Source: Thermoplasmatota archaeon
Lineage (GTDB): Archaea > Thermoplasmatota > E2 > JACPAO01 > JAHFTW01
Assembly (NCBI GenBank): GCA_041601615.1
Contig: JBFIHX010000004.1
Location: forward strand, 32,001 to 96,000
Length of the DNA: 64,000 bases
Direction: 5' to 3'
Shown: positions 28,278-37,408 of the stretch, in pieces
Layout: every line of letters begins with the position of its first letter
How positions within the stretch are numbered: position 1 is the first letter of the stretch
Translations under genes and position numbers: made by a program
The notes under the pieces: model-generated
Databases searched by the model: none
What the model was told of the DNA's origin: nothing
The model's input: only the letters and a program-made list of their open reading frames with translations

Positions 28278-29924
28278 GTGAAAGCCATACCGTATGCAGC
28301 CATCCTCGCCCTTGTGCTGGCGAACGTAGGCCCAACAACCGCAAGCATCCCCACGGACTTCCTGGTCCCTGCCGGGGAAACTGTCTTCCTTTCTGGTGTT
28401 GTCAACGCAGACACAATTCGAATTGATGGAACCGTTCATGCCGTAGGCGACCTTACGCTGGTCGCTCAATCTATCGTGATCGGATCATCGGCCCAAATCT
28501 TGGGCAATGATGGCTTGGGCTACGTTGGATATGCTGATGGAGCCAACCTCGCATTCAAGGCGACCCAAGCCCTGGAAATTCTGGGAGTCATCAAGGCTGG
28601 ACACGGCGCCGACATGCCACACTCCCCGGAGTTTGTGGGTGCCGATGGCGGTGAAGGCGGTAGCGTCTATGTCCATGCCCCCTACATTTCAGTCTTCGAC
28701 GGGGCATACCTGGCTCCGGGCCACGGCGGCCAGGGGGCAGCAGTCACGGCCGTTGCGCCCCCCGCCGGTACCGTCGTTTCCGGTGGCAACGGTGGCAACG
28801 CTGGCATTGTGCTCCTCGACGGAACGCTGAGCCTCCCCGAAGGCGGCTCGACCTTTGGCGCAGCCAATGGCGGCGAAGGCGGCCTTGCATCCAGTTCGGA
28901 CTCTGGACTAAGCACCATCGTCCTTGGCGGCAGCGGCGGCGACGGCGGCCTAGTCGCCACCACCGATCTAGCGTTCAGTTCCCACGCGCCCGAAACCGGC
29001 TACACGCTGTTTCTTGACCTATTGAACGTGGATTCGCTAGGTTGGGTCACGGCGACGGGACAATATGTGCCCGACGCACAAGGAAATGATAAAGCCTTGA
29101 CTCCCACCGAAGAACTTCTCAATATTAATTTCAACCCCCCACGAAAACCGAAGGACCCTATTGGTCCGCCTCCAGACCCCATGGCAGTGGCTGAATTCGT
29201 TTGGTCCCTGATTCCAGACCCTTCCGGCTACCTTGACAATCTTCCGGACCCCTTCGAATTGCTGCCTGAAGATCTTCCAAACCCGATGGATTATCTTCCT
29301 GAGGATTTGCCTCTGCCTGAAAACCTCCCTTTGCCTGGCGGGATTGGCCCCCTTTGCGATCAAGGAATTACGACAAGGTGCCTTGTTACACTCATCGGCA
29401 TTGAGGACGAAAGCGGCGGATGCGGCCGAGGTGCAGATGGAAAGGACGCATCAAACACCGGGGCCCCGGGAGGCAATGGCGGCAAGGGAGCCCCGGGACC
29501 GTCGGGAACCACCATGGGAGGAACCGGGGGCCCTGGCGGCGGAGGCAATCCCGGCGGTGGAGCTGAAGCCAAAGGGGGCGACGGTGGAAAAGGAAGGTGC
29601 TTCTTTGCCCGGGGCGGCGATGGCGGCGATGGCACAGCCATAGGCGAAGATGGGGGAGATGGAGGCATCGGCGGAGATGGAGGCTCTTCCAGCCTCATAG
29701 GCGGCCCTGGTGGGCGAGGAGGCAGTTGCGGTGCAGGGGGCCTTGCGACGGGCACGGGTGGAAAAGGCGGATCTGGTGGAACCTTTGGGGCCCCAGGATC
29801 GCCGGGGAAGGGCTCCAGCACCCCCGGAATACCTGGACAAGGAGGAAACGGTGGCGAAGGGGGCCCAGGATTGATTCCGGGACCTAGCGGAGCCGGCGGA
29901 GGTTGTAGCGCAGACTCCGTGTAA
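28278..29924 (+). CDS. Secreted glycine-rich protein (PGRS-like GGxGGxGG repeats)
   Basis: N-terminal hydrophobic signal; two GG(N/D/E/K)GG blocks separated by LPED/LPDP Pro-acidic repeats. Confidence 0.8.
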   Translation: MKAIPYAAILALVLANVGPTTASIPTDFLVPAGETVFLSGVVNADTIRIDGTVHAVGDLTLVAQSIVIGSSAQILGNDGLGYVGYADGANLAFKATQALEILGVIKAGHGADMPHSPEFVGADGGEGGSVYVHAPYISVFDGAYLAPGHGGQGAAVTAVAPPAGTVVSGGNGGNAGIVLLDGTLSLPEGGSTFGAANGGEGGLASSSDSGLSTIVLGGSGGDGGLVATTDLAFSSHAPETGYTLFLDLLNVDSLGWVTATGQYVPDAQGNDKALTPTEELLNINFNPPRKPKDPIGPPPDPMAVAEFVWSLIPDPSGYLDNLPDPFELLPEDLPNPMDYLPEDLPLPENLPLPGGIGPLCDQGITTRCLVTLIGIEDESGGCGRGADGKDASNTGAPGGNGGKGAPGPSGTTMGGTGGPGGGGNPGGGAEAKGGDGGKGRCFFARGGDGGDGTAIGEDGGDGGIGGDGGSSSLIGGPGGRGGSCGAGGLATGTGGKGGSGGTFGAPGSPGKGSSTPGIPGQGGNGGEGGPGLIPGPSGAGGGCSADSV

Positions 29925-29983
29925 TCCCGTGCGCATTATCCTTATCCCTCTTTGCCCATCCCGACTCTACCAAAGGTGACTAC

Positions 29984-31120
29984 ATGTCTTGGCCCCCATA
30001 CCTCATTCTTGCCCTCATGCTCTCGATTTCAGGTTGCAGTTCTAAATCTCAAGTTGAAGATAATCAATCCCCATTGCCATTCACAAATGATCGCGAGCTT
30101 CCAGATTCAATCCATTGGTTCGATACATCGTCCAATGGCGCAGCAGGCAACCGGATGACCTTGGCAACGAGCGAAGGTATCCTCGCAATGGACCAACCTC
30201 TAGAGCCGTGGACAATCCACACAATCTACGGAGCGGAATTTGAAAATCGGACCACTTTTTTGCCGGATGCTGAACCTTGGAATCTTGTAGCTGCGATGGG
30301 TCCACGAGGCCCAGTCATTGCCTACCGGAGCCCCCAATATGCGATGTATGTAGCCGAATGGGATGGCTCAGATTGGGCGCGAGGAACATTGATCCCCCCT
30401 CCCGGCGAAATCTACGGGTTTCCGACTTTGGCAGGTTCCGAGGAAGAACTCATGCTGAGTTTTCCAGTGCTTTCCTCATTCCTGAACGAGCCCCGATACA
30501 GTGTACTCCGCCTTACAAATGGAATATTAGCTGATTTATCTATCAGCGAACGATTGGATTTCCCAACTATTCCAATATTAAGCCAAGGAGCTATGTATTT
30601 AGAACATGAAACATTGACTTTCGCGTTTGCCCGTAATTTATCAACAGTGGAGGTGCGGACTTCACTCTGGCAAGACCTCGCCAAAACCCCTGCGATAGAA
30701 CTTCAAGGCCCCAATCCTGACGGACTACCACAATCATACTATACAGAAATAGCGAAAAAAGAAGATGGTGGATTTGTCATTGCAATCACTGCATGGGAAG
30801 CTTTTTTCTTGACGGAAACAGGCCTTCGCGACGCCATCATTTATGATCTTGGAGAAGAAACGGCAACATCAATCCAGACCAGAGACATAGTTGCCGTGCG
30901 GACCACCCCCCTAGGCGTGGCGGTTGTCCGAACCGATGCACAGGCCACCCACCACATCCAGATCTTGGGTTCGGGCAAGGATGTGGATATTGCGCAGTCC
31001 GACTGTACCCGATTCTCAATTTTGCCGGATGCGAAAACAATCACGCTAACCACTCGTGAAGGCCAATGGGAATCCCAGTTTGGACTTCTCCCAGACAATA
31101 TCCAAACCTGTAGTCCTTGA
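29984..31120 (+). CDS. Lipoprotein of unknown function (low GC)
   Basis: ISGC lipobox; AT-richer codon usage than flanks. Confidence 0.75.
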   Translation: MSWPPYLILALMLSISGCSSKSQVEDNQSPLPFTNDRELPDSIHWFDTSSNGAAGNRMTLATSEGILAMDQPLEPWTIHTIYGAEFENRTTFLPDAEPWNLVAAMGPRGPVIAYRSPQYAMYVAEWDGSDWARGTLIPPPGEIYGFPTLAGSEEELMLSFPVLSSFLNEPRYSVLRLTNGILADLSISERLDFPTIPILSQGAMYLEHETLTFAFARNLSTVEVRTSLWQDLAKTPAIELQGPNPDGLPQSYYTEIAKKEDGGFVIAITAWEAFFLTETGLRDAIIYDLGEETATSIQTRDIVAVRTTPLGVAVVRTDAQATHHIQILGSGKDVDIAQSDCTRFSILPDAKTITLTTREGQWESQFGLLPDNIQTCSP

Positions 31121-31656
31121 GCGAAAACGGCCATCCGACCCCACCAACGCTCTCACAGCCAAGCCGGGCCTCGATTCCCTTATGGGGCCCGTGACGACTT
31201 ACTGCCAGAGATCCCGGAGGGCGACGGCGTGAATCCTCGCCACGCGGCCATCCCGGCCGAATACAGCTCCTTGCACTGCGCCGCCGGCTGCCCACGCTGC
31301 AAAACTCCAGAAGGAACCATGCAATGCAGCCAAGACGCCGCTTGGCGAGCATTGGCAATGCTTCAAGCCCAGGCACGGCAAGCCACTGAATCCACGCGCC
31401 CTGAATCCCCTATGGGAGCCAAGAAGCCGGAGCTATGGTCTTGCAAAGGACATCCTCAAACTCCCTTGAATTCACCTGAGCCACACAGGCCGCAGGCAGA
31501 GCGCATATCTTGACGGTGCAGGAACTAGTACCGGAACGGCCATGAGTCTCAACGCATTGCCACGACCTAGGCCTCCCCGTCAAACGACCACTCCATTCAA
31601 CACCTCCCTTTGAAGTGTAGCATCCCGGAAAGTCGTACTTGGACGCTATCTGGCAT

Positions 31657-31674
31657 CGACCTTTTTCAAGGTCG
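31657..31674. repeat. Palindrome CGACCTT-N4-AAGGTCG, right copy
   Basis: Ends 6 bp before the right direct repeat. Confidence 0.8.
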
Positions 31675-31680
31675 TTGGAA

Positions 31681-31752
31681 TGGGACGACGTGCTACCCAA
31701 AGTCGAGCGCATGCGTCGGGTCGGGCAAGTGGGCCTCGGTTCGTTTTCGTAG
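31681..31752 (+). repeat. Duplicated nucS 3' end (attR-like)
   Basis: Encodes WDDVLPKVERMRRVGQVGLGSFS*, 65/72 nt identical to 25768-25839. Confidence 0.92.
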
Positions 31753-32622
31753 CTACGACGGAATCGGATGCGCTCCGTCGTTCAGGTATGTCCAGCCTTC
31801 ATCCGGGACAAACCGGTAGAAGTTGGTGTTGATGATCTCGAATTCCTGTTCTAGGACCACCGAAACACTTGTGGATCCAGGGAAGACGCGCAACAGGAAG
31901 GACTCGTATCCGATGCCGTTGTATTCCTCGATGGTCGTGCCGTTGACCAACAGTGTTTGCGGGCTGCCACCGTCCACTGTCGCGTAGTTGCTCGCGACGG
32001 AGTTCGGGTCAAAGTGCCCAAAATTGAGGCCATCGCCGAGCACGTTCGTACCGTCCCAGATCAATTCAGACTGCGCAGCCGTGACAGGTCCCGCCACGAA
32101 CACATCGAAGGTATTGATCGAATCCAGAGCGGCGCACGGGTTGACAGAGCCACCCTGCCAGGCGGAACCGTCGACACCTGGGAGGCCGAAGCCACACTGG
32201 ATGTATCCGGTGTATTGAGTCACCTGCGTAAACGGCAGGTTGGCGGTGTCGCGCTCCAATTGCACCTTGACGATTGGCGGCGCCGCGATTCCCGCCTCCA
32301 CCACGGTGCTTGTCTGGGTTGAGCTGAAGCCGAGTTTGCTGATGGCGAGGAAGTAGGATCCGGGCTCTAGGTCTTTGAACAGGAAGGCGCCGTCCGCATT
32401 GCTGGTGGCTTCGATGCCTAGGCTCTGGATGGCGACGCGGGCGCCCTCGATGGGTGTGATGGAGGCGTCTAGGACCAAGCCCCGTATGACGCCGCGATCC
32501 TTGTCGACCACTATGTCGCCAAACTTGTCGTCGTCATCGCCGGGACCTGTTTTTGTTGCACCCTCCGTGCAGCCGGCGAGGACCACGGACAGGGAGATTG
32601 CGAGGATGATGAAGAACCTCAT
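31753..32622 (-). CDS. Lipoprotein with carboxypeptidase-regulatory-like domain (paralog B)
   Basis: LAGC lipobox; GYIQCG, NPC, LLRVFPG shared with paralogs. Confidence 0.85.
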   Translation of the reverse strand: MRFFIILAISLSVVLAGCTEGATKTGPGDDDDKFGDIVVDKDRGVIRGLVLDASITPIEGARVAIQSLGIEATSNADGAFLFKDLEPGSYFLAISKLGFSSTQTSTVVEAGIAAPPIVKVQLERDTANLPFTQVTQYTGYIQCGFGLPGVDGSAWQGGSVNPCAALDSINTFDVFVAGPVTAAQSELIWDGTNVLGDGLNFGHFDPNSVASNYATVDGGSPQTLLVNGTTIEEYNGIGYESFLLRVFPGSTSVSVVLEQEFEIINTNFYRFVPDEGWTYLNDGAHPIPS

Positions 32623-32798
32623 GCGCAAAAACCGGTTCCTGGAGAGTAAAACAGTTGTTGTCACATTGCAGGACAATCAGGTACACGAGGGAGAAAAGCG
32701 AAAAGGGTGTGCTGGCGGGTAGCCGGGGCCAAAACGGCCCCTGCGTTCGCTGCTACCACAGGCGCGAGGAGTGCTACGGGATCGAAGGCCGAGGAATC

Positions 32799-33647
32799 CT
32801 AGCTCGGAGTGGGGTGCTTGCCGTTCTCGAGGAACGTCCAGCCTTCGTCGGGCGAGAAGCCGTAGAAGTTGGTGTTGATGATCTCGAACTCCTGCTCGGC
32901 CACCAGCGACGGGGAGGTGGTGCCGGGGAACACGCGCAGCAGGAACGACTCGTAGCCGGGGCCGTTTTTGCTCTCGATGAGGGTACCGTTGACCAGCAGA
33001 ATGCGCGGGCTCGGACCGTCGGTGGCGATGTAGTTGCTGGCGGTGGTGCTTGGGTCGTAGTGGCCAAAGCTCAGGCCGTCACCAAGAATGTTGGTGCCTT
33101 CCCAGAACAGTTCGGATTGCGAGGCTGTAACTGGGCGCTGCACGAACACGTCGAAGGTGTTGACGGAGCCGGAGAGGAAGCACGGGTTGACGCTGCCGAC
33201 GCCGGGAATACCGAAGCCACATTGGAGGTAGCCGGAGTATTGCGAGAGTTCGGTGAAGGGGATGCTTTCGAGGTCGGGTTGAAGCTGGACCTTGACGATG
33301 GGCGGGGTGTCGACGCCGGCGACCACGTTGACGCTGGTCTGGGCCGGGCTGAAGCCGATTTTCTTGACGCCCAGGAAGTAGGTTCCGGGTTCGAGGTCGG
33401 CGAAGATGAATGCGCCGTCGGCATTGGAGACCGTTTCGATGCCGAGGCTCTTGATGCTGACCGTTGCACCTTCGATGGGGACGATGGACGGATTGAGGAC
33501 GATGCCTCGAATGGCGCCTTTGTCATCGTCCACGTCGATCTCGTCGAACTTGGTCTCTAGCTCGTCGCCGGAGTCCGCTGGAGCGCTTTCTGCACATCCG
33601 GCCAAGGTCACGGCAACAAGGATGAGCGCGAGGGACAGTGTCCGCAT
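32799..33647 (-). CDS. Lipoprotein with carboxypeptidase-regulatory-like domain (paralog C)
   Basis: LAGC lipobox; tandem duplicate of 31753-32622. Confidence 0.85.
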   Translation of the reverse strand: MRTLSLALILVAVTLAGCAESAPADSGDELETKFDEIDVDDDKGAIRGIVLNPSIVPIEGATVSIKSLGIETVSNADGAFIFADLEPGTYFLGVKKIGFSPAQTSVNVVAGVDTPPIVKVQLQPDLESIPFTELSQYSGYLQCGFGIPGVGSVNPCFLSGSVNTFDVFVQRPVTASQSELFWEGTNILGDGLSFGHYDPSTTASNYIATDGPSPRILLVNGTLIESKNGPGYESFLLRVFPGTTSPSLVAEQEFEIINTNFYGFSPDEGWTFLENGKHPTPS

Positions 33648-33950
33648 AGTATGGGACGATACTTTCGGGCACATAGCCGTTGTGTCGCAATCAATGCGCA
33701 CCGGCCATCCAGGCCCGCCAGGGACCTCATACGTCCATCATAAGTCCATCACGAGCCAACGGTGTTCGGGCCAGCCCCTGCGCTCTATTGGGAGGGGTGC
33801 AGAGAGGATGAGCGCGAGTGGGAGGGAATGAGTTGGGCGGCGAGAGGCAGGGTTGGAAGGGGAGGGGATGAAAGGGGCAGGGAGGGGCGGAGTGGGGAAC
33901 GGGGAATGGTCCCGGAGCCGGGCGCATTTGCACTGTTTTGGAATCGCGGT

Positions 33951-34178
33951 TTAGTGCGCGTCGCGGCGGCTCTTGGCGTAGTACGCCACCAACAACATTG
34001 TAATGGCAGCCAGGGGAACGAGCAGGAGCACCAGGCCCCACGCCCGCACAGGAGCACTTTGGCTAAGCATCATGCCGGCGCCCACAAACAGGCTGCCCAG
34101 AAACAGCAGCCAGACCCAGCCGTAGGAGATGCGACGTTCGCCCTCGTCTTCGTGCACTTCCGTCTTCAGGCGGGCCAC
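33951..34178 (-). CDS. Small two-TM membrane protein
   Basis: Two hydrophobic helices; GTG start. Confidence 0.6.
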   Translation of the reverse strand: MARLKTEVHEDEGERRISYGWVWLLFLGSLFVGAGMMLSQSAPVRAWGLVLLLVPLAAITMLLVAYYAKSRRDAH

Positions 34179-34200
34179 AAGCGACCGAGGCGGCAGCGAC

Positions 34201-34599
34201 TCATAGACCCCGCGACAAGGTTTCGTGGCGGGCCCGGTACGCGTCGCGGCAAGTGGTGCAGCAGAATGGATGTTGTTTGGACGCGATGTGGGCCCAGACG
34301 GGTGCGCCAGTGCGTTGTTTGCACCAGTGGCAGGTGACGGCGGCGGCTCCCATCAGGTTGGGCCCGGCAAAAGCCTCCTCGTCGAGTCGCACGGTGTAAC
34401 CTAGGATGATGCCGGAGTCTTCCATGCGGCGGATGCGGGCGCTCACGGTGGGTTGGGTGCTGCCGGCGGCGCGGGCAAGGTCACGGTGGCTGCGGCGGGC
34501 GTCTGCTTGCAGGAGGCGCAGGATGGTGCGGTCCAAGTTGTCGAGGGCGTCGGTTTTCGCGTCGGAGTCGGCCCCGTGACCCAGTTCGTGCACACCCAT
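34201..34599 (-). CDS. Lrp/AsnC HTH + TRASH domain regulator (archaeal CopR/CopT-like)
   Basis: LDRTILRLLQADAR...TVSARIRRMEDSGII; CHWC...FCCTTC. Confidence 0.88.
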   Translation of the reverse strand: MGVHELGHGADSDAKTDALDNLDRTILRLLQADARRSHRDLARAAGSTQPTVSARIRRMEDSGIILGYTVRLDEEAFAGPNLMGAAAVTCHWCKQRTGAPVWAHIASKQHPFCCTTCRDAYRARHETLSRGL

Positions 34600-34604
34600 G
34601 ATGC

Positions 34605-34618
34605 TTTGCAATTGCAAA
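34605..34618. promoter_or_regulatory. Perfect palindrome TTTGCAATTGCAAA, candidate operator
   Basis: In the 57-bp divergent gap between the regulator and the HMA chaperone. Confidence 0.5.
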
Positions 34619-34656
34619 CCAGAGGTAAAAAAGCACGCGCCACCCCATCTGGATCC

Positions 34657-34878
34657 ATGGGCCTATTTGGCAACTCAGAAACTGTGGAACTGACCGTCAG
34701 CGGCATGACTTGCGGGTCCTGTGTCGCGCGAGTAACCGATGCACTGCGCGATGTGCCGGGCGTCAAGCGAACCGAAGTACACCTTGATTCGGGCCAGGCT
34801 CGCGTCAAAGTCGCAATCGGCACCGACCGCCAGATGCTGGTGGATGCGGTCCGCACGGTTGGATACGCCACCGAGTAG
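34657..34878 (+). CDS. copZ: Heavy-metal-associated (CopZ-like) chaperone
   Basis: VSGMTCGSCV, ...VGY. Confidence 0.85.
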   Translation: MGLFGNSETVELTVSGMTCGSCVARVTDALRDVPGVKRTEVHLDSGQARVKVAIGTDRQMLVDAVRTVGYATE

Positions 34879-34890
34879 CCGATTGATCGC

Positions 34891-35403
34891 CTAGAACGCC
34901 CAGCGGCCTGTTTCCACCAGCAGCGCCATCAGGAACGTAGCTGCCACCACGCCGGCGTAGAACCAGGGCCAGGCATCGCGTCGGCGCAAGCCAAACAAGT
35001 GCACAAGGAGGCCGCCGGTCCAGGCGCCAGCACCGGGCAAGGGCACGGCAGCGATGCTCAGAAACACCGCCGATTCCTCGATGCGCTCGCCGCGTGGACT
35101 GACCTGGCGGCGAGTGCGGGCAAACACCCAATCAAGCACACGTTCGGAGCGGCGCCAGCTGCGAAGGAGGGATTCCAGGCGCGGATAGAGCCAGTGCGTG
35201 GTGGGCGCCACCAGTACGCTGCCAAGCAGGCTCCACACGACAGCTTCTGCCCAACCCATGTCGTAGAGGAGAATCGCCACCGGCACGCTGACGCGCACTT
35301 CGCCCAGGGGATTCCAGGCGAGAAACGCCACGGCTAGGGGGGCCGGGATGATGGCGAGCGCCTCGACCACCGGGCCAAGCAACGCGCTCCACCACTCGAC
35401 CAC
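34891..35403 (-). CDS. Small multidrug export-like membrane protein (COG2426-like)
   Basis: P.GEVR..VP and PLPGAGAWTG motifs. Confidence 0.8.
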   Translation of the reverse strand: MVEWWSALLGPVVEALAIIPAPLAVAFLAWNPLGEVRVSVPVAILLYDMGWAEAVVWSLLGSVLVAPTTHWLYPRLESLLRSWRRSERVLDWVFARTRRQVSPRGERIEESAVFLSIAAVPLPGAGAWTGGLLVHLFGLRRRDAWPWFYAGVVAATFLMALLVETGRWAF

Positions 35404-35405
35404 GC

Positions 35406-36710
35406 TTACGGCGCCTCGGGAAGGGCGACCATGCTGCGGCCGGAGCCCGCCTCTGCAACCAGCTTGCCGTCGGCGACCACGGGCGCACCAAGCAGGTAGG
35501 TGTGGCTGGGCATGCACGCTGGCATTCCGCCGTAGGGGCTCCAATTGCACTTGCTGTGCAGTGCTTGTTCATCGAGCGGAGCGGGGGCGTCGAGATCAAA
35601 GACGGCAAAGTCGGCGCGCAGGCCGACCGTGAGGCTCCCTCGGTCCTTGAGATTCAGAAGTGCTGCCGGCGCCTTCGTGACAGAGTCCACCACAATCGAG
35701 AGCGGAACGTCTCCTGCGGCGGCTCGGCCCAGAAGCAACGGCACCATGGTTTCCACGCCGGGAATGCCCGCCGGGGCCGAGGGAAACACGTCCTCCTTCT
35801 CCTTGGGTGCATGCGGTGCGTGGTCGGATTCCAAAATCGGGATGCGGCCGCTTGCGAAGGCCTCCATCATGGCGTCACGGCTCCGGATGTCACGAAGCGG
35901 CGGATTCACCTTGGCGTATCCTTCCGCAAGCCCCCAGCCTTCCCAGGTCAAAAGTAGGTGATGCGGGCAGACGCCCATGCTGAACTTGGCAGCGGTGGCG
36001 GCTTGCACCGCGTCTGTGGAAGCGACGTGGGCAATGTGGATGCGCGGCGCGGGCTTGATGCCTGGCATCGCCTTCATCACGTCGTAAATGGATTCGACTT
36101 CCGCAAGTGCCGGTCGTGCTCGATCGTGGTCGCCGGGCTCCACTTCGTTGCGGCGGTAGTGGTCGAGAATCCGCTGCGCCTCGCAGTGAAGAATGACAGG
36201 TTTTCCCGCCTTGCCACACAGCGCCAGGGCTTCCTTGAAGGCCGCCGCGTCGTCGAGCAACAAGTCCCCGGTGGTCGCGCCGAGGTAGACCTTCATGCCG
36301 ACGCTCCAGCGCAGCATTTCGGCGACCTCTCCCGTGTACCAGGTGCCGCCGGCCCAGAGCCCATAATCCACGACGACCTTTGATTGGGCGATGCGGTGCT
36401 TTTCGCGGATGGCTCGGATGGATGTAGTGGGCGGGAGCGTGTTGGGCATGTCCACAACACCCGTCACGCCACCAAAAGCGGCAGAGACTGTGCCGGTGTG
36501 CAGGTCTTCCTTGTGCGTCGCGCCCGGGTCCCGCATGTGCACATGAATGTCGATGGCGCCCGGCAAAATGGCGCGGTCGCCAAAATCCGTGTGCTCTTCT
36601 GCGACCTCATCAGGGCCAGTAATCTTCGCAATGATCCCGTTGTCGTCCACCCAAAGGACGCCCGGTTTGAGCGCTCCATCTTGGTAGATGCGGCCGCTGT
36701 AGGATTTCAT
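35406..36710 (-). CDS. pyrC: Dihydroorotase
   Basis: DIHVHMRDPG, AAFGGVT..DMPNT, CPHHL, KVNPPLR, SDHAPH. Confidence 0.88.
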   Translation of the reverse strand: MKSYSGRIYQDGALKPGVLWVDDNGIIAKITGPDEVAEEHTDFGDRAILPGAIDIHVHMRDPGATHKEDLHTGTVSAAFGGVTGVVDMPNTLPPTTSIRAIREKHRIAQSKVVVDYGLWAGGTWYTGEVAEMLRWSVGMKVYLGATTGDLLLDDAAAFKEALALCGKAGKPVILHCEAQRILDHYRRNEVEPGDHDRARPALAEVESIYDVMKAMPGIKPAPRIHIAHVASTDAVQAATAAKFSMGVCPHHLLLTWEGWGLAEGYAKVNPPLRDIRSRDAMMEAFASGRIPILESDHAPHAPKEKEDVFPSAPAGIPGVETMVPLLLGRAAAGDVPLSIVVDSVTKAPAALLNLKDRGSLTVGLRADFAVFDLDAPAPLDEQALHSKCNWSPYGGMPACMPSHTYLLGAPVVADGKLVAEAGSGRSMVALPEAP

Positions 36711-37273
36711 CAGACAGACCCCCAGACACCGAGTTCACCGTCTCGAACCATTTCGTCGAGGGACTTGTGGAAGGTGCGCGTCCAGGAGCGAACATGCAAA
36801 TGGTGGCCAAGCAGCCCGCCCACGAGCAAGCCGTTGACCGCGATGATGGGAATCGAAAACACGGGGTCGCGCTCGCCGCCAAACGCAACGACCACGAGGA
36901 TCACTTCCAGGCCCCAAAGGAGCGTCAGAAGCGCCGCGAGCGCCATGCTGCGGTTGTGCGTGCTGCGGCCGCGTACCTTGCGATGCAGTTCTGGCACGGT
37001 TTCACAGGCCGGAGCGAGCTTCATCCAGTGGTTCCACATGCCGCGCAGGCTCGACTCGTAGCCATCCACGGCACGAAGTCCGGTCCACCAGCCGAGGCCG
37101 AGCCCGAGTAGGATGGCGCCCGCGTGAACGCCCATGCCCCAGGGCATCCACAACAGGAGTGCTGGAGCCAGAAGCAGCGCCGCAAACACAGTCAACAGGG
37201 CGGCGCGGCTGCGCGCGTGCCGGGAGTCACCCTGCAGGAGGCCCAAAAACTCGCGAGCGACACCACGCGCCAT
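36710..37273 (-). CDS. Membrane protein of unknown function
   Basis: 4 TMs; overlaps pyrC start; start uncertain. Confidence 0.65.
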   Translation of the reverse strand: MARGVAREFLGLLQGDSRHARSRAALLTVFAALLLAPALLLWMPWGMGVHAGAILLGLGLGWWTGLRAVDGYESSLRGMWNHWMKLAPACETVPELHRKVRGRSTHNRSMALAALLTLLWGLEVILVVVAFGGERDPVFSIPIIAVNGLLVGGLLGHHLHVRSWTRTFHKSLDEMVRDGELGVWGSV

Positions 37274-37408
37274 CGGCGCTACCAGGAGGCACTTCCTCTT
37301 AGGGCCCTCGGTTCGATGCGGAATTGTATGCAGGCGCAACAATATCGCACGCCGAGCCCGTGCGCGGGCCTTGGACCAGGCCTGCAGCCGGCGCCAGTGC
37401 AGCCGAAA

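Larger units (their letters stand above)
25768..31752. mobile_element. Genomic island integrated in the 3' end of nucS (no integrase visible)
   Basis: 72-bp direct repeat 25768-25839 / 31681-31752; lower-GC cargo; same hairpin just inside both ends. Confidence 0.8.

Noticed and set aside
28278-29924. Collagen triple-helix protein
   Set aside because: Repeats are mostly GGx/GxGG rather than long Gly-X-Y with non-Gly X and Y.
31229-31513. CxxxCxxC ORF as a radical SAM or zinc protein
   Set aside because: Only 94 aa, no further family features and weak coding signal; at most a remnant.
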